Translations under genes and position numbers: made by a program
In this document: positions 9,094 through 19,165 of the stretch, in pieces
Layout of the letters: every line of letters begins with the position of its first letter
Numbering within the stretch: position 1 is the first letter of the stretch
The notes under the pieces: generated by a model
What the model was told of the DNA's origin: nothing
Databases searched by the model: none
What the model saw: the letters and a program-made list of their open reading frames with translations, nothing else
Assembly: GCA_031367385.1 (NCBI GenBank)
Contig: JANLPS010000527.1
Span: 1 to 59,458, forward strand
From: Archangium sp.
GTDB lineage: Bacteria > Myxococcota > Myxococcia > Myxococcales > Myxococcaceae
Length of the DNA: 59,458 bases
Reading direction: 5' to 3'

Positions 9094-9115
9094 AAGCCCG
9101 GTCGGCCTCCGCGCA

Positions 9116-11413
9116 TTAGAACACGAACTCGCCGCCCTGGGCCCGCAGCGCGGTGACCGCGGCCAGGTTGACGATCTCTTGCACGCCGGCGTTCTGCTGC
9201 AGCACGTTGACCGGTTTGTTCATGCCGAGCAGAACCGGGCCGATGACCTCGGCGCCTCCGAAGCGCCAGAGCAACTTGTAGGCGATGTTGGCCGCGTTCA
9301 AGTCGGGGAAGACGAGCACGTTGGCGTCGCCCTTGAGGCTCGAGAACGGGTAGCGGCCTTCACGCTCTTCGCGCACCAGGGCCGCGTCGACCTGCATCTC
9401 GCCATCGAGCTCCAAGTCGGGGCGCAGCTGCCGGGCGAGCTCGACCGCCTTGCGCATGCGCGAAGGTGAGGGCCCTCCATTGGCGTCACCGAAGTTCGAG
9501 TAGCTCAAGAAGGCCACGTGGGGCGTGAGGTCGAATGACTTCGCCAGGTCGGCGGTCGCGATGGCGATTTGCGCCAGGTCTTCGGGGCCCGGCTCGGGGT
9601 TCACGGTGCAGTCGGCGAAGAGCTTGAAGTCGTTGCGGGTGATGACCAGGTACACGCCGCCCGCCTTGCGGCCCGAGCGGGTACGAATCACCTCGAGCGG
9701 AGCGCGAATCGCGTCGGCGTAGCTGTCGGTCAACCCCGTGACCATGCCGTCGGCGTCGCCCAGGTGCACCATCAGCGAGGCGAAGTAGCCCCGGCGTCGA
9801 ACCCGAACCTGCGCGGTCTCGTGGTTGATGCCGCGGCGTTGGCGCAGGCGGTAATACTCTTCGGCGTAGCGCTGCTCGAGCTCTGGGCTCTTCGCGGGGT
9901 CGATGATCGAGACCCCCTTCAGGTCGTCGGCCAGCTTGTGCTCGGCCATTGCCTTCTCGATGGCCTCGCGGGTGCCGAGCAGAATCGGCTCGCACAGGCC
10001 CTCGTCTTTCAGAATGCGGGCGGCCTGCAGCACGCGCACGTGCTCTCCGTCGTTGAAGACGATGCGGGTGGGCTTCTTGCGGGCCTTGGTGAACACGGTC
10101 GACATCACCTGGTGGCTGCGCGACTGCATGCGCTGCAAGCGCCCCAGGTACTCATCGAGGTCGACGCTGATGCGGGCCACGCCGGTGCGCATCGCCGCCT
10201 CGGCCACCGCCGGAGCGACCGAGAGCAGCACCCGCGGGTCGAACGGCTTGGGGATGATGTAGTCGGGGCCGAAGGTGAAACGCTCTCCGCCATAGGCGTG
10301 CGAGACCGACTCGGGCACGTCTTGCCGGGCCAGCGCCGCGAGAGCCTTGGCGGCGGCGAGCTTCATCTCTTCGTTGATCTGCCGGGCGCGTACGTCGAGC
10401 GCCCCGCGAAAGATGAAGGGAAACCCGAGCACGTTGTTGACCTGATTCGGGTAGTCGCTGCGGCCGGTGGCCACGATGGCGTCGGGCCTCGCCTCGCGGG
10501 CTTCGTGGTAGCCGATTTCAGGGTCGGGGTTGGCCAGCGCGAAGATGATCGGCTTCTTCGCCATGCGCTTGAGCATCTCGGGCGTCACCAGCCCTTTGAC
10601 CGAGCCTCCCAAGAACACGTCGGCGCCGTCCAAGGCATCGGTGAGGGTGCGGGCGGTGGTCTCGCGCACGTACGGCGCCTTCCACGGGTTGAGGCCGTCG
10701 GTGCGGCCGGTGTGCAGCACGCCCTTGGTGTCGACCATCAGCACGTGCTCGCGCTTGACGCCCAGGGTGACCCAGAAGTTGGTGCAGGCGATGGCCGAGG
10801 CGCCGGCGCCCGAGACGACCACCTTGACCTGCTCGATTTTCTTGCCCTGCAGCTCGAGGGCGTTGAGCAGGGCCGCTCCGCTGATGATGGCGGTGCCGTG
10901 CTGGTCGTCGTGAAAGACCGGTATCTGCATCTCTTTCTTGAGCCGGTCTTCGATGATGTAGCACTCGGGAGCCTTGACGTCTTCTAAGTTGATGCCGCCA
11001 AAGGTCGGCTCGAGCGCTTTGACCACCGTGCAGAAGGTCTCGATGTCTTTCGCGTCGAGGTTCAGGTCGAACACGTCGATGTCGGCGAACTTCTTGAAGA
11101 GCACGCCTTTGCCCTCCATCACTGGCTTCGCGGCGTAGGGGCCGATGTCACCCAGGCCCAGCACCGCGGTGCCGTTGGTGATGACCGCGACCAGGTTGCC
11201 GCGCGCGGTGTAGGTGTACGAGAGGTCGGGGTCTCGGGCGATCTCTAAGCAGGGCTCGGCGACCCCTGGCGTGTACGCGAGGGACAGGTCGCGCGCCGTC
11301 GCCGCCGGCTTGGTGGGGATGACCTCGATTTTTCCGGGGCGGCCGTGAGCGTGGTACTCGAGTGCGTCTTCTTTGCGCACTTTCTTCGACATCGGCGTGA
11401 AGCTGGTAGCCAT
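9116..11413 (-). CDS. maeB: NADP-dependent malic enzyme (malic enzyme + PTA-like domain)
   Basis: [29 protein letters not shown] and [12 protein letters not shown] motifs; C-terminal PTA-like domain; start could be 11392. Confidence 0.97.
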   Translation of the reverse strand: MATSFTPMSKKVRKEDALEYHAHGRPGKIEVIPTKPAATARDLSLAYTPGVAEPCLEIARDPDLSYTYTARGNLVAVITNGTAVLGLGDIGPYAAKPVMEGKGVLFKKFADIDVFDLNLDAKDIETFCTVVKALEPTFGGINLEDVKAPECYIIEDRLKKEMQIPVFHDDQHGTAIISGAALLNALELQGKKIEQVKVVVSGAGASAIACTNFWVTLGVKREHVLMVDTKGVLHTGRTDGLNPWKAPYVRETTARTLTDALDGADVFLGGSVKGLVTPEMLKRMAKKPIIFALANPDPEIGYHEAREARPDAIVATGRSDYPNQVNNVLGFPFIFRGALDVRARQINEEMKLAAAKALAALARQDVPESVSHAYGGERFTFGPDYIIPKPFDPRVLLSVAPAVAEAAMRTGVARISVDLDEYLGRLQRMQSRSHQVMSTVFTKARKKPTRIVFNDGEHVRVLQAARILKDEGLCEPILLGTREAIEKAMAEHKLADDLKGVSIIDPAKSPELEQRYAEEYYRLRQRRGINHETAQVRVRRRGYFASLMVHLGDADGMVTGLTDSYADAIRAPLEVIRTRSGRKAGGVYLVITRNDFKLFADCTVNPEPGPEDLAQIAIATADLAKSFDLTPHVAFLSYSNFGDANGGPSPSRMRKAVELARQLRPDLELDGEMQVDAALVREEREGRYPFSSLKGDANVLVFPDLNAANIAYKLLWRFGGAEVIGPVLLGMNKPVNVLQQNAGVQEIVNLAAVTALRAQGGEFVF

Positions 11414-11488
11414 GGTTTTTCGGTTTCTCTTGGTGCGGTCAATGAAATGGGCGCGCAGCATCGCACTGTTTTACGCTTGGGCCCTGCC

Positions 11489-12211
11489 ATGAAAGTGATG
11501 ACGTGGAACGTGCTGCATCGGGTGCACGCCGAGAATTACCGGGAGCCGGCGGTCACGCAGTGGCCAGATGAGTCAGCCCGCGTCAAAGCGGTGTCGGCGC
11601 TGGTGCTCAAGGCCGTGACGGCCGACGGGTGCGACCTGGTGCTCCTGCAAGAGGTCAGCGGAGACGTTCTCAACGAGCTGCGTCATCGGCTGCCGCCCGA
11701 GTTGAAGATCTGCTCCCACCAGGTGCCGCGCATGCCCAAGCTCAAGGTCGACACCAAGGCCTCGCTGTATGACTCGAGCGAGCATGTGGTGGTGATTGGG
11801 CCTGGCACGTTGCAGACCGTGAGGGCCCAGACCGCGGCTGACGATGGTGGCAAGGGGTTCATCGCGGCGCGGGTGAATGAGGGGTTGGTCGCGATTTCGA
11901 CGCATGTGAGCTGGGGCTCGAAGGGCCTCGCGCAGCTTGGGGCGCTGCACCAGGTGATCTCAGCGCTGCCAGGCACCGTCGTGCTCGGAGGCGACTTCAA
12001 CGCCGACCGCGACGAGGTCACCCGAGGGCTGGGCGACGGGTATGTGGTGGCCGAGGCGCCGGCAGGCTCGCGGCGCACCCGGCAGAGCCCCGATGGCGAG
12101 GGTGCCGACATCGACCACTTGCTGGTTCGCGGAGCCCGGTGGAGCGAGGCGCAGGTCGCCGAGCAGCACGGGTTGTCTGACCATTCTCCGCTGATCGCGA
12201 CCTTCTTCTAA
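11489..12211 (+). CDS. Endonuclease/exonuclease/phosphatase (EEP) family protein
   Basis: MTWNV, LLQEV, GGDFNA, IDHLL and SDHSP motifs. Confidence 0.9.
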   Translation: MKVMTWNVLHRVHAENYREPAVTQWPDESARVKAVSALVLKAVTADGCDLVLLQEVSGDVLNELRHRLPPELKICSHQVPRMPKLKVDTKASLYDSSEHVVVIGPGTLQTVRAQTAADDGGKGFIAARVNEGLVAISTHVSWGSKGLAQLGALHQVISALPGTVVLGGDFNADRDEVTRGLGDGYVVAEAPAGSRRTRQSPDGEGADIDHLLVRGARWSEAQVAEQHGLSDHSPLIATFF

Positions 12212-13300
12212 GTGAGACGCATTCACTTCTACAACGGCGGCATGGTTCGCCAGCGCTTCACTGGCGATCGCTGGGCCGGCACCATCGACCCGTTCATCGA
12301 GCGGCCGAACCAGGCGATGACCTGGTTTCTGCTCTGGTCAGAGCTCAACGCGTGGGACAGCTTGTTCGACCGCACGGGGGCCCTGCCGCACCCGCTGCGC
12401 ATCGAGAACCTGCGGCCGATGCCCGCGGTTGATCAGTCGTTCGCCGCGCCGCTGGAGTCGATCTGTCTCGAGCGCGCCCGCGAGCTCGCCGCCGAGGGCC
12501 GACCGCTGCGGGTGTTCTGGTCAGGCGGCATCGACTCGACGCTGGTGGTCTGCTCGTTCTTGATGGCCGGCGTGCCGGTTGATCAGCTCGAGCTGCTCTA
12601 CACCGCCGACTCGATGATCGAATACCCGGAGTTTCTCACCCGGTCGGTGCCACCAGGCGTGAAGCGCACGCAGATTCGCGCGTTTCCCCATCACAACTTC
12701 GTGCCTGACCGGCAGGCCCACGCGTACCTCGAGCTGCCCTGCATGGGAGACTTCATCGACCCGGCGCTGCTCAACGTGACCGGGGGCCTCGGTGACAAGC
12801 TGTTCAACTCGCACACGCTGCTGACCCGCTTCGGCTACGACAAGGCCTTCAGGCGCTATGACGAGGTGCTGCCCAAATCGCTGCTCTGGGTGACCGAGCC
12901 GCTGGTCGCCGCGTGCCCGTTGCCGACGGTCAGCCTGTCGCAGTTCATCTGGTGGGTGTACTTCGCGCTGTACTACCAAGACGAGCTGCTGCAGGTGCTT
13001 GGTGGGGTCAGCGACGCGTCAGTGGCCGACAAGCGCGACGCAACGCGGGTGTTCTTCGATTCACCGGCCTTTCAGCAGTGGGCCCTTCACCACCGAGACC
13101 GGGTGGCGACCGACGACCCTGCCAAGCTCAAGCTCGACGCCAAACAGTTGATCTTCAAGCACACCGCAGACAGCGAGTACCTGCACACCAAGCTCAAGGC
13201 CGGGTCGCTCAAGTTCCGAAAGACCCCAAACGTGGCGTGGGACACGCCGATTCTCTTCATTCTCGACGACGGGTCGGTGGTTCGGGCCAACGACGAGTGA
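12212..13300 (+). CDS. PP-loop (adenine nucleotide alpha-hydrolase-like) hypothetical protein
   Basis: VFWSGGIDST PP-loop and TGGLGDKLF motif; start may be ATG 12242. Confidence 0.75.
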   Translation: MRRIHFYNGGMVRQRFTGDRWAGTIDPFIERPNQAMTWFLLWSELNAWDSLFDRTGALPHPLRIENLRPMPAVDQSFAAPLESICLERARELAAEGRPLRVFWSGGIDSTLVVCSFLMAGVPVDQLELLYTADSMIEYPEFLTRSVPPGVKRTQIRAFPHHNFVPDRQAHAYLELPCMGDFIDPALLNVTGGLGDKLFNSHTLLTRFGYDKAFRRYDEVLPKSLLWVTEPLVAACPLPTVSLSQFIWWVYFALYYQDELLQVLGGVSDASVADKRDATRVFFDSPAFQQWALHHRDRVATDDPAKLKLDAKQLIFKHTADSEYLHTKLKAGSLKFRKTPNVAWDTPILFILDDGSVVRANDE

Positions 13301-13344
13301 GCGGCCCTCGCGCGCGGCGGGGCGGTGTTTTAAGGTGCCCAGCC

Positions 13345-13986
13345 ATGCGGTTCGCACTTCTGACGCTGTGTTTGGTGGGCTCCTCGGGGTGGGCGCAGCC
13401 GCGCTCTGGCTCGTGGGGCGGGTATGTGAGCGGGTGGGCGGCTGATCAACAACGGCCGTCGTTTTACATCGGCAATCGCAACCTGGCGGCCGAGTACGCG
13501 CCACGGGTTTCGGTGCTCACGGTGAACCCGTACTGGGCGGCCCAGGCCGTGGCGGCGCAGCAGCTCATCGTGCAGCAGACCTACGTTGAGGAGCAGGCCC
13601 GGGTGGCCCGGCGTGAGCGAGAAGCCAGTGAGCGGGCAATGCTGGCGCAAGAGCAGCTCGCCGCTGAGCAGCAGGCATTGGCTGATCAACGGGTGCAGTT
13701 GGCCCAGCAGCAGCGGCTGATCGCCGAGCGTGAATTGGCCGCGCAGCAGTTGAAGTTGGCCTACGCGCAAGAATCGGCTGCGCAGCAACTGGCCGCCGCG
13801 GCAGAGCAGCAACGGGCCGCCGCACAACAGGTGGCCACAGCGACCGCCGCTCGCCAGAAAGAGAGAGAAGACGACGAGCGCAAGGCCGAGCTGGCCTCGA
13901 AGCCCCGAGAGAAGGGCCCCGACATCTACCGGTGGACGGATGATGAAGGCGTGGTGCACCTCTCGACCAAGCCCCCGAAGCGCTGA
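13345..13986 (+). CDS. Secreted coiled-coil protein with C-terminal DUF4124-like motif
   Basis: Signal peptide; Q/A/E-rich helix; IYRWTDDEGVVHLSTKPP. Confidence 0.75.
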   Translation: MRFALLTLCLVGSSGWAQPRSGSWGGYVSGWAADQQRPSFYIGNRNLAAEYAPRVSVLTVNPYWAAQAVAAQQLIVQQTYVEEQARVARREREASERAMLAQEQLAAEQQALADQRVQLAQQQRLIAERELAAQQLKLAYAQESAAQQLAAAAEQQRAAAQQVATATAARQKEREDDERKAELASKPREKGPDIYRWTDDEGVVHLSTKPPKR

Positions 13987-14017
13987 GGCGGGCAGGTCGT
14001 GCGGCCGAGCACCACCC

Positions 14018-14969
14018 TCAGGGTGCCGTGAAGGCGAGCGACAGCGCAAGCGGAGTCGCGCCGACTTCCACCGCTCTCTCCGGAGGGTAATCAAGCAGCA
14101 CTCCGGTCGGAGCGGCGTTCGTGATTTCGTTGAAGGCTGCTCTCATTCGGTAGCAGCCGCTGGCCACGTTGGAAAACGTGTACGTGCCGGTCGAGCAGAG
14201 AACCCCGTTGGGTGTTGTAGGTGACGTGCCCGTTGACCTCATCGAGCCGTGGCACGACCACGCGAACGTGCGTCATGTCTCCACCGCAGCTGCTGGCTGA
14301 TGCGGGCTGGCCATTCACGGTCCACGTGAAGGTGACGCTGGTTCCGGAGCCTCCATCGAAGGGCATGAAGGCCCCGCCATCCGCTCCGAGGCCGCACCCG
14401 GACCCCGCGCCGACGCCAGCGTCGATGCACCCGCGTCGTTCTGGTTGAAGACCAGCATCACCGTCTGGTGCTCATTCGGTGAGCAGACCCCGTACGTGGC
14501 CGTGATGGTCGTCGTGCCAATCGACACGCCGGTGGCGATGGCTCCGGCTCCGGTACCTGCGATGGTCGCAACCCCGGGGTTCGAGGGTCGAGCAGAATCA
14601 GGGCGTTGAGGCACGTCTGAGGTCGGCCTCGTTCACGCCGGCAGGCACGCTCGCCGTCTCGTACTTGATGGCAATCGTGACCGGCTTGCTGAAGGTCAGC
14701 CCATCAGGCGCAAAGGCGTAGGTCGCCCCTGGTATCGCGCCCTCGGCTTGCGATGGCGTGACGGTGATGATCTTCGGCCCCGAAAGAGCCCCCGGAGGAA
14801 TGGTGACGGACACCCTCCCATCTGGGCTGGTGATGGTGCCGCCGTTCGAATCGACGCTGCCGGCCGGGGCGCCCGACCCAGCGCACGACGCTGCCAGAGC
14901 GGCACAGGCGAGCAAGCACGCGATGCGCAACGAACCCGATCGAGTTGGCTTCTTGTGCGCCGTGCTCAT
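14018..14969 (-). pseudogene. Fragmented surface lipoprotein (ZU5-like + Ig-like group 2 remnant + C-terminal domain)
   Basis: Lipobox AAS-C and GGTITSPDGRVSVTIPPGAL..PDGLTFSKPV; then SNPGVATI..ATGVSIGTTTITATYG in another frame; frame changes near 14600, 14430 and 14210. Confidence 0.7.
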
Positions 14970-15107
14970 TCTGGACCTCGATTCGAGTGACCGCGTTCGC
15001 GCTCCTTACCAGCTCGGGCCGGGCTTGAGGAGACCGCCCGGCGCCGCGTTGAGCGGCTGCTTGTCAGACCCCTTGTGTATGAGCCTGTTCGGGACAAAGG
15101 GGCGTGT

Positions 15108-16472
15108 ATGGCGAAGTCGAAGACGCATTTCACCTGTCAGGCGTGTGGGCACCAAGCCCCGAAGTGGATGGGCAAGTGCCCCGAGTGCGGCACCTGGGGG
15201 TCGCTCGTCGAAGAGGTCGCGCTGAGTGACGCGTCGCAGTCGCGCCCGGCGTGGGGCTCGTCGACCGGGCAGAGCAAGCCGGTGTTGCTGCAAGACGTGA
15301 CGGGTACCAGTGAGGCGCGGCAGTTGACCGGCATCGCCGAGCTCGACCGGGTCTTGGGCGGTGGGGTCGTGCAGGGCTCCCTTGTGCTCATTGGTGGTGA
15401 CCCCGGCATCGGCAAATCGACGCTGCTGCTGATGGCGATTGACGACCTGACCAAAGACCGACCGGGGCTCTATGTGTCGGGTGAAGAGTCGCTCAAACAG
15501 ACCCGCATGCGGGCTGACCGCCTCGGCGTGAAGAGCTCGAACCTCCACCTGTTTGCCGAGACCGACCTCGAGAAGGTGCTGCAGGCGGCCGAGAAGTTGG
15601 CGCCCGCGACGCTGGTGATTGACTCGATTCAGACGATGTTCTTGCCAGAGCTCGGGTCGGCTCCGGGCAGCGTGAGCCAGGTGCGCGAGTGCGCCGGGCG
15701 GTTGATGGCCTACGCCAAGAAGACCGGAGTACCGACCTTTCTTGTCGGCCACGTCACCAAAGAGGGGTCAATCGCCGGGCCGCGAGTGCTCGAGCACATG
15801 GTCGACACAGTGCTCTACTTCGAGGGAGAGCGGGGCCACCCGTTTCGCTTGCTCCGCGCTCACAAGAACCGCTTCGGCAGCACCAATGAGATTGGCGTGT
15901 TCGAGATGAAGGGGTCGGGGCTGGTGCAGGTGCCTGACCCGTCGGCCCTGTTTCTCGCCGAGCGGCCGAAGAACGCCTCGGGCAGCGTGGTGACCTCGAC
16001 GCTCAATGGCACCCGGCCAATTCTGGTCGAGGTGCAAGCGCTGGTGGCACCCACCGGCTACGGCACGGCGCGGCGAACCGCGATGGGCGTCGACTCGAAC
16101 CGGGTGGCCTTGCTGGCCGCCGTGCTCGAGAAGAAGGAGGGCGTTCAGCTGATGGGCTGCGACATCTTCGTCAACGTCGCCGGTGGCATGGAGCTCTCAG
16201 AGCCCTCGAGTGACCTGGCGGTCGCGGCGGCGCTGGTGTCGAGCTTGAACAACCGGGCGATTTCGCCGCACACCTTGATTCTGGGTGAGGTGGGGCTGGC
16301 CGGTGAGGTGCGCGCGGTCTCGCAGATTGAGCCGCGGTTGATTGAGGCGATGAAGATGGGTTTTCGGCGAGTGATTCTGCCTTCGGGCAGCGCGAAGCGG
16401 CTCGAGCCGATGAAAATCGAGGTGATGGGCGTCGAGACCTTGGGTCAGGCGCTCCAGCTCGCGTTGGATTGA
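15108..16472 (+). CDS. radA: DNA repair protein RadA/Sms
   Basis: C4 zinc finger CQACG..CPECG; Walker A GDPGIGKST; KNRFG motif; Lon-like C-terminus. Confidence 0.98.
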   Translation: MAKSKTHFTCQACGHQAPKWMGKCPECGTWGSLVEEVALSDASQSRPAWGSSTGQSKPVLLQDVTGTSEARQLTGIAELDRVLGGGVVQGSLVLIGGDPGIGKSTLLLMAIDDLTKDRPGLYVSGEESLKQTRMRADRLGVKSSNLHLFAETDLEKVLQAAEKLAPATLVIDSIQTMFLPELGSAPGSVSQVRECAGRLMAYAKKTGVPTFLVGHVTKEGSIAGPRVLEHMVDTVLYFEGERGHPFRLLRAHKNRFGSTNEIGVFEMKGSGLVQVPDPSALFLAERPKNASGSVVTSTLNGTRPILVEVQALVAPTGYGTARRTAMGVDSNRVALLAAVLEKKEGVQLMGCDIFVNVAGGMELSEPSSDLAVAAALVSSLNNRAISPHTLILGEVGLAGEVRAVSQIEPRLIEAMKMGFRRVILPSGSAKRLEPMKIEVMGVETLGQALQLALD

Positions 16473-16516
16473 GGCGATGACTGCGCGGTGACGGGCCTTC
16501 GGCTATGGGAGGGCCG

Positions 16517-17173
16517 ATGGATGCAGCACTGGCGTCACCAATCGAGAAGGTCAAACCCAAGCTGCGCGGGGTCTCGCACTTCTTTGGCTTTTTTCTCTCA
16601 GTCGGGGCAACCGTGTTTCTCGCGATGGCCCCGGCGACCGGGTTTCAGTACCTGGCGGGCGTGTTGTACGGCGCGAGCCTGTGCCTGATGTTCGGTGCGA
16701 GCGCGCTCTATCACCGCCCCACCTGGAGCCACCGCGCCCGGCAGCGGCTGCGCAAGGTCGACCACTCGGGCATTTTTGCGCTCATCGCGGGCACGTACAC
16801 GCCGTTGGCGGTGTACTCGGCGCACGGCGGCTGGTCGGGCTCGTTGACGGTGATGTGGCTCGGCGCGATCGCCGGGGTGATCTTCATGGTGGGGTGGAGC
16901 TATGCGCACCGGGCGTTGCGAGCGGGCGTCTATGTGGTGCTGGGGCTCTGGGCGACGCCGATGGTGATTGGGCTCTACGGCGTCATTGGCCCGACCTTGA
17001 CCGGGCTGCTGCTGCTCGGCTCACTCGTCTACATCGTGGGGGCGGGGGTGTACGCGCGACGCTGGCCCAACCCTCGGCCCGAGCTGTTCGGGTACCACGA
17101 GGTGTTTCACGTGATGGTGATCGCGGCGGCTGCGCTGCATTTCAGCGTGGTGCTGACGCTGCAGTATCGCTGA
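16517..17173 (+). CDS. Hemolysin III / PAQR family membrane protein (TrhA-like)
   Basis: SALYH, DHSGIF..AGTYTP and GYHEVFH motifs; GGAGG before ATG 16517. Confidence 0.92.
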   Translation: MDAALASPIEKVKPKLRGVSHFFGFFLSVGATVFLAMAPATGFQYLAGVLYGASLCLMFGASALYHRPTWSHRARQRLRKVDHSGIFALIAGTYTPLAVYSAHGGWSGSLTVMWLGAIAGVIFMVGWSYAHRALRAGVYVVLGLWATPMVIGLYGVIGPTLTGLLLLGSLVYIVGAGVYARRWPNPRPELFGYHEVFHVMVIAAAALHFSVVLTLQYR

Positions 17174-18006
17174 GGTCGCTCGGCCACGCCGGTGGAACAT
17201 CAGACGTTACAAAGTTGGAAGTGTGATTGGGGTTCGCGCACTGGTGACGTGTGTTGCTTGGGAGCGGGCCAGCGTCAGGGCGTCGGAGGCAGTGCTCGAT
17301 GAATTGACCCCTGATTCGTCACCCAGACTGACGTTCTCAAACCACCGGGAGCCCCCGGGGTACCTCGAGCTCTTCAAACCCATTGTCATCGTTGAAGGCC
17401 CGCGCTCATCACCCAGTTTGAGGTCTGGCGCGGACCCCGGCGGCACACAGATCGTCACCCAACCTGACCATCGCCGCACATCGACGAGCCGCCTCGTCAC
17501 CCAGCGCCTGGCGACAAGCCAGCTCATCGCGACGAGCAGTGAGCCCGCGGCGACCCGGCCCCCGCCCGGCTCAAGAGCGGCGGTGGACGCCTGAAGTCAG
17601 CGAGGTGCTCGCCGTGCAGCAGCTCAGCGTCGTGAGTCGATGCCGTTCGCGGTCGCACCAGCGCGCGCGCAGAAGAGTGAGCTCGTGATGCCCAGCTGCT
17701 CAGCCACCGACGCACGGGAGCTCGCTTCGCGTGCACGACCCCGAGCAGTACCCCATGCCTGGAGGGCTCAATTCGGAGCCCTTGGGCATGCTCGCGTCGC
17801 GGAGGCAGATGTTTCCGTCGCACTCCGCAGAATTAATCGAAACGAGCGTTCGTACCGTGCCCGAGCCGAGCTCAGCGCGTGCGCTCTGAACCTCACCCTC
17901 GCTGAAGAACGCGCCCGGCTGATCGCTTTGTGAAAGGCGCAGGGCAGGTTCAGAGAACGCACAATGCCGTTGCGGTTTTCATCGGGCGGAGCCTAACACC
18001 GAGCCC

Positions 18007-18750
18007 ATGCCATCGACGCTCGTCATCGTTCGCCACGGCGAAAGCACGTGGAACGCCAAGAACCTCTTCACCGGCTGGGTCGACGTCAACCTGAGTGAAA
18101 AAGGCGAAGCCGAGGCCCGTCAGGCTGGAAGATTACTGGCCGCCTCGAAGCTCAGCTTCGACACCTCACACACTTCAGTACTCACCCGAGCGGTGCGCAC
18201 CGCGAACCTGGCCCTCGAAGAGTCAGGGCAGGTGTGGCTGCCGGTCAACCGCACGTGGCGGCTCAACGAGCGGCACTACGGCTCGCTGCAAGGCAAAGAC
18301 AAGAAGCAGATGACTGATCAATTCGGTGCTGATCAGGTCAAGCTCTGGCGCCGCAGCTACGACGTGCCGCCGCCGCAGGTCACGCCCGACCACGAGCACC
18401 ACCCCAGTCACGACCCCCGCTACCGGCTCCTCGCGCAAGACGCGCTGCCCGCCGGAGAATGCCTCAAAGACGTGGTCGCCCGAGTGCTGCCCTACTGGTT
18501 CGACACGGTCGTGCCGCAACTCCGGAGCGGTCAGACAGTGCTCATCGTCGCGCACGGCAACTCGCTGCGCGCGCTGGTCAAGCACCTCGAGAAGATCCCC
18601 GACGACGCCATCACCGAGCTCAACATCCCCACCGGCATGCCGCGCATGTACACCTTCAACGACGACTTCACGCTCGCCTCGACCCCGAAGTACCTCGATG
18701 AAGCCGCCGCCGCCGCGGGTGCCGCTTCGGTTGCCAAGCAGGCCGGGTAA
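18007..18750 (+). CDS. gpmA: 2,3-bisphosphoglycerate-dependent phosphoglycerate mutase
   Basis: RHGESTWN, LNERHYGSLQG and AHGNSLR motifs. Confidence 0.97.
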   Translation: MPSTLVIVRHGESTWNAKNLFTGWVDVNLSEKGEAEARQAGRLLAASKLSFDTSHTSVLTRAVRTANLALEESGQVWLPVNRTWRLNERHYGSLQGKDKKQMTDQFGADQVKLWRRSYDVPPPQVTPDHEHHPSHDPRYRLLAQDALPAGECLKDVVARVLPYWFDTVVPQLRSGQTVLIVAHGNSLRALVKHLEKIPDDAITELNIPTGMPRMYTFNDDFTLASTPKYLDEAAAAAGAASVAKQAG

Positions 18751-18753
18751 TCG

Positions 18754-19164
18754 CTACTCGCCCATGATCTTCACGATGACGCGCTTGCGGCGCTGCCCAT
18801 CGAACTCGGCGTAGAAAATCTGCTGCCAGGGCCCGAGGTCGAGCTGCCCCTTCGTCACCGGCACGATGACCTGGTGGTGCACCAGCATCGACTTGAGGTG
18901 TGCGTCGCCGTTGTCCTCGCCAGTCGCGTGGTGCCGGTAGTCGGCCTCGGGGGCGAGCTTGCCCAACCAGGCCCAGATGTCTTCGAACAAACCGGGCTCG
19001 TCGTCATTGACGAACACGCCCGCGGTGATGTGCATCGCCGACACCAGCGCCATGCCCTCTGCGATACCGCTCTTCTTCACCAGCTGCGCGACGGTGTCGG
19101 TGACGCGAACCAGCTCGCGCTTCTGTGCGGTCTCGAACCACAGGTACTCGGTGAGGGTCTTCAC
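18754..19164 (-). CDS. yjbQ: YjbQ / UPF0047 family protein
   Basis: [20 protein letters not shown] and [14 protein letters not shown] motifs. Confidence 0.93.
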   Translation of the reverse strand: MKTLTEYLWFETAQKRELVRVTDTVAQLVKKSGIAEGMALVSAMHITAGVFVNDDEPGLFEDIWAWLGKLAPEADYRHHATGEDNGDAHLKSMLVHHQVIVPVTKGQLDLGPWQQIFYAEFDGQRRKRVIVKIMGE

Positions 19165-19165
19165 G

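Noticed and set aside
13560..13880. CAG/GCG-rich quasi-repeats
   Set aside because: Explained by Gln/Ala-rich coiled-coil coding sequence.
17207..17962. Short ORFs on both strands, and a possible 6S RNA call
   Set aside because: No RBS or motif support for the ORFs; resemblance to 6S RNA is too vague and its usual gene context is absent.
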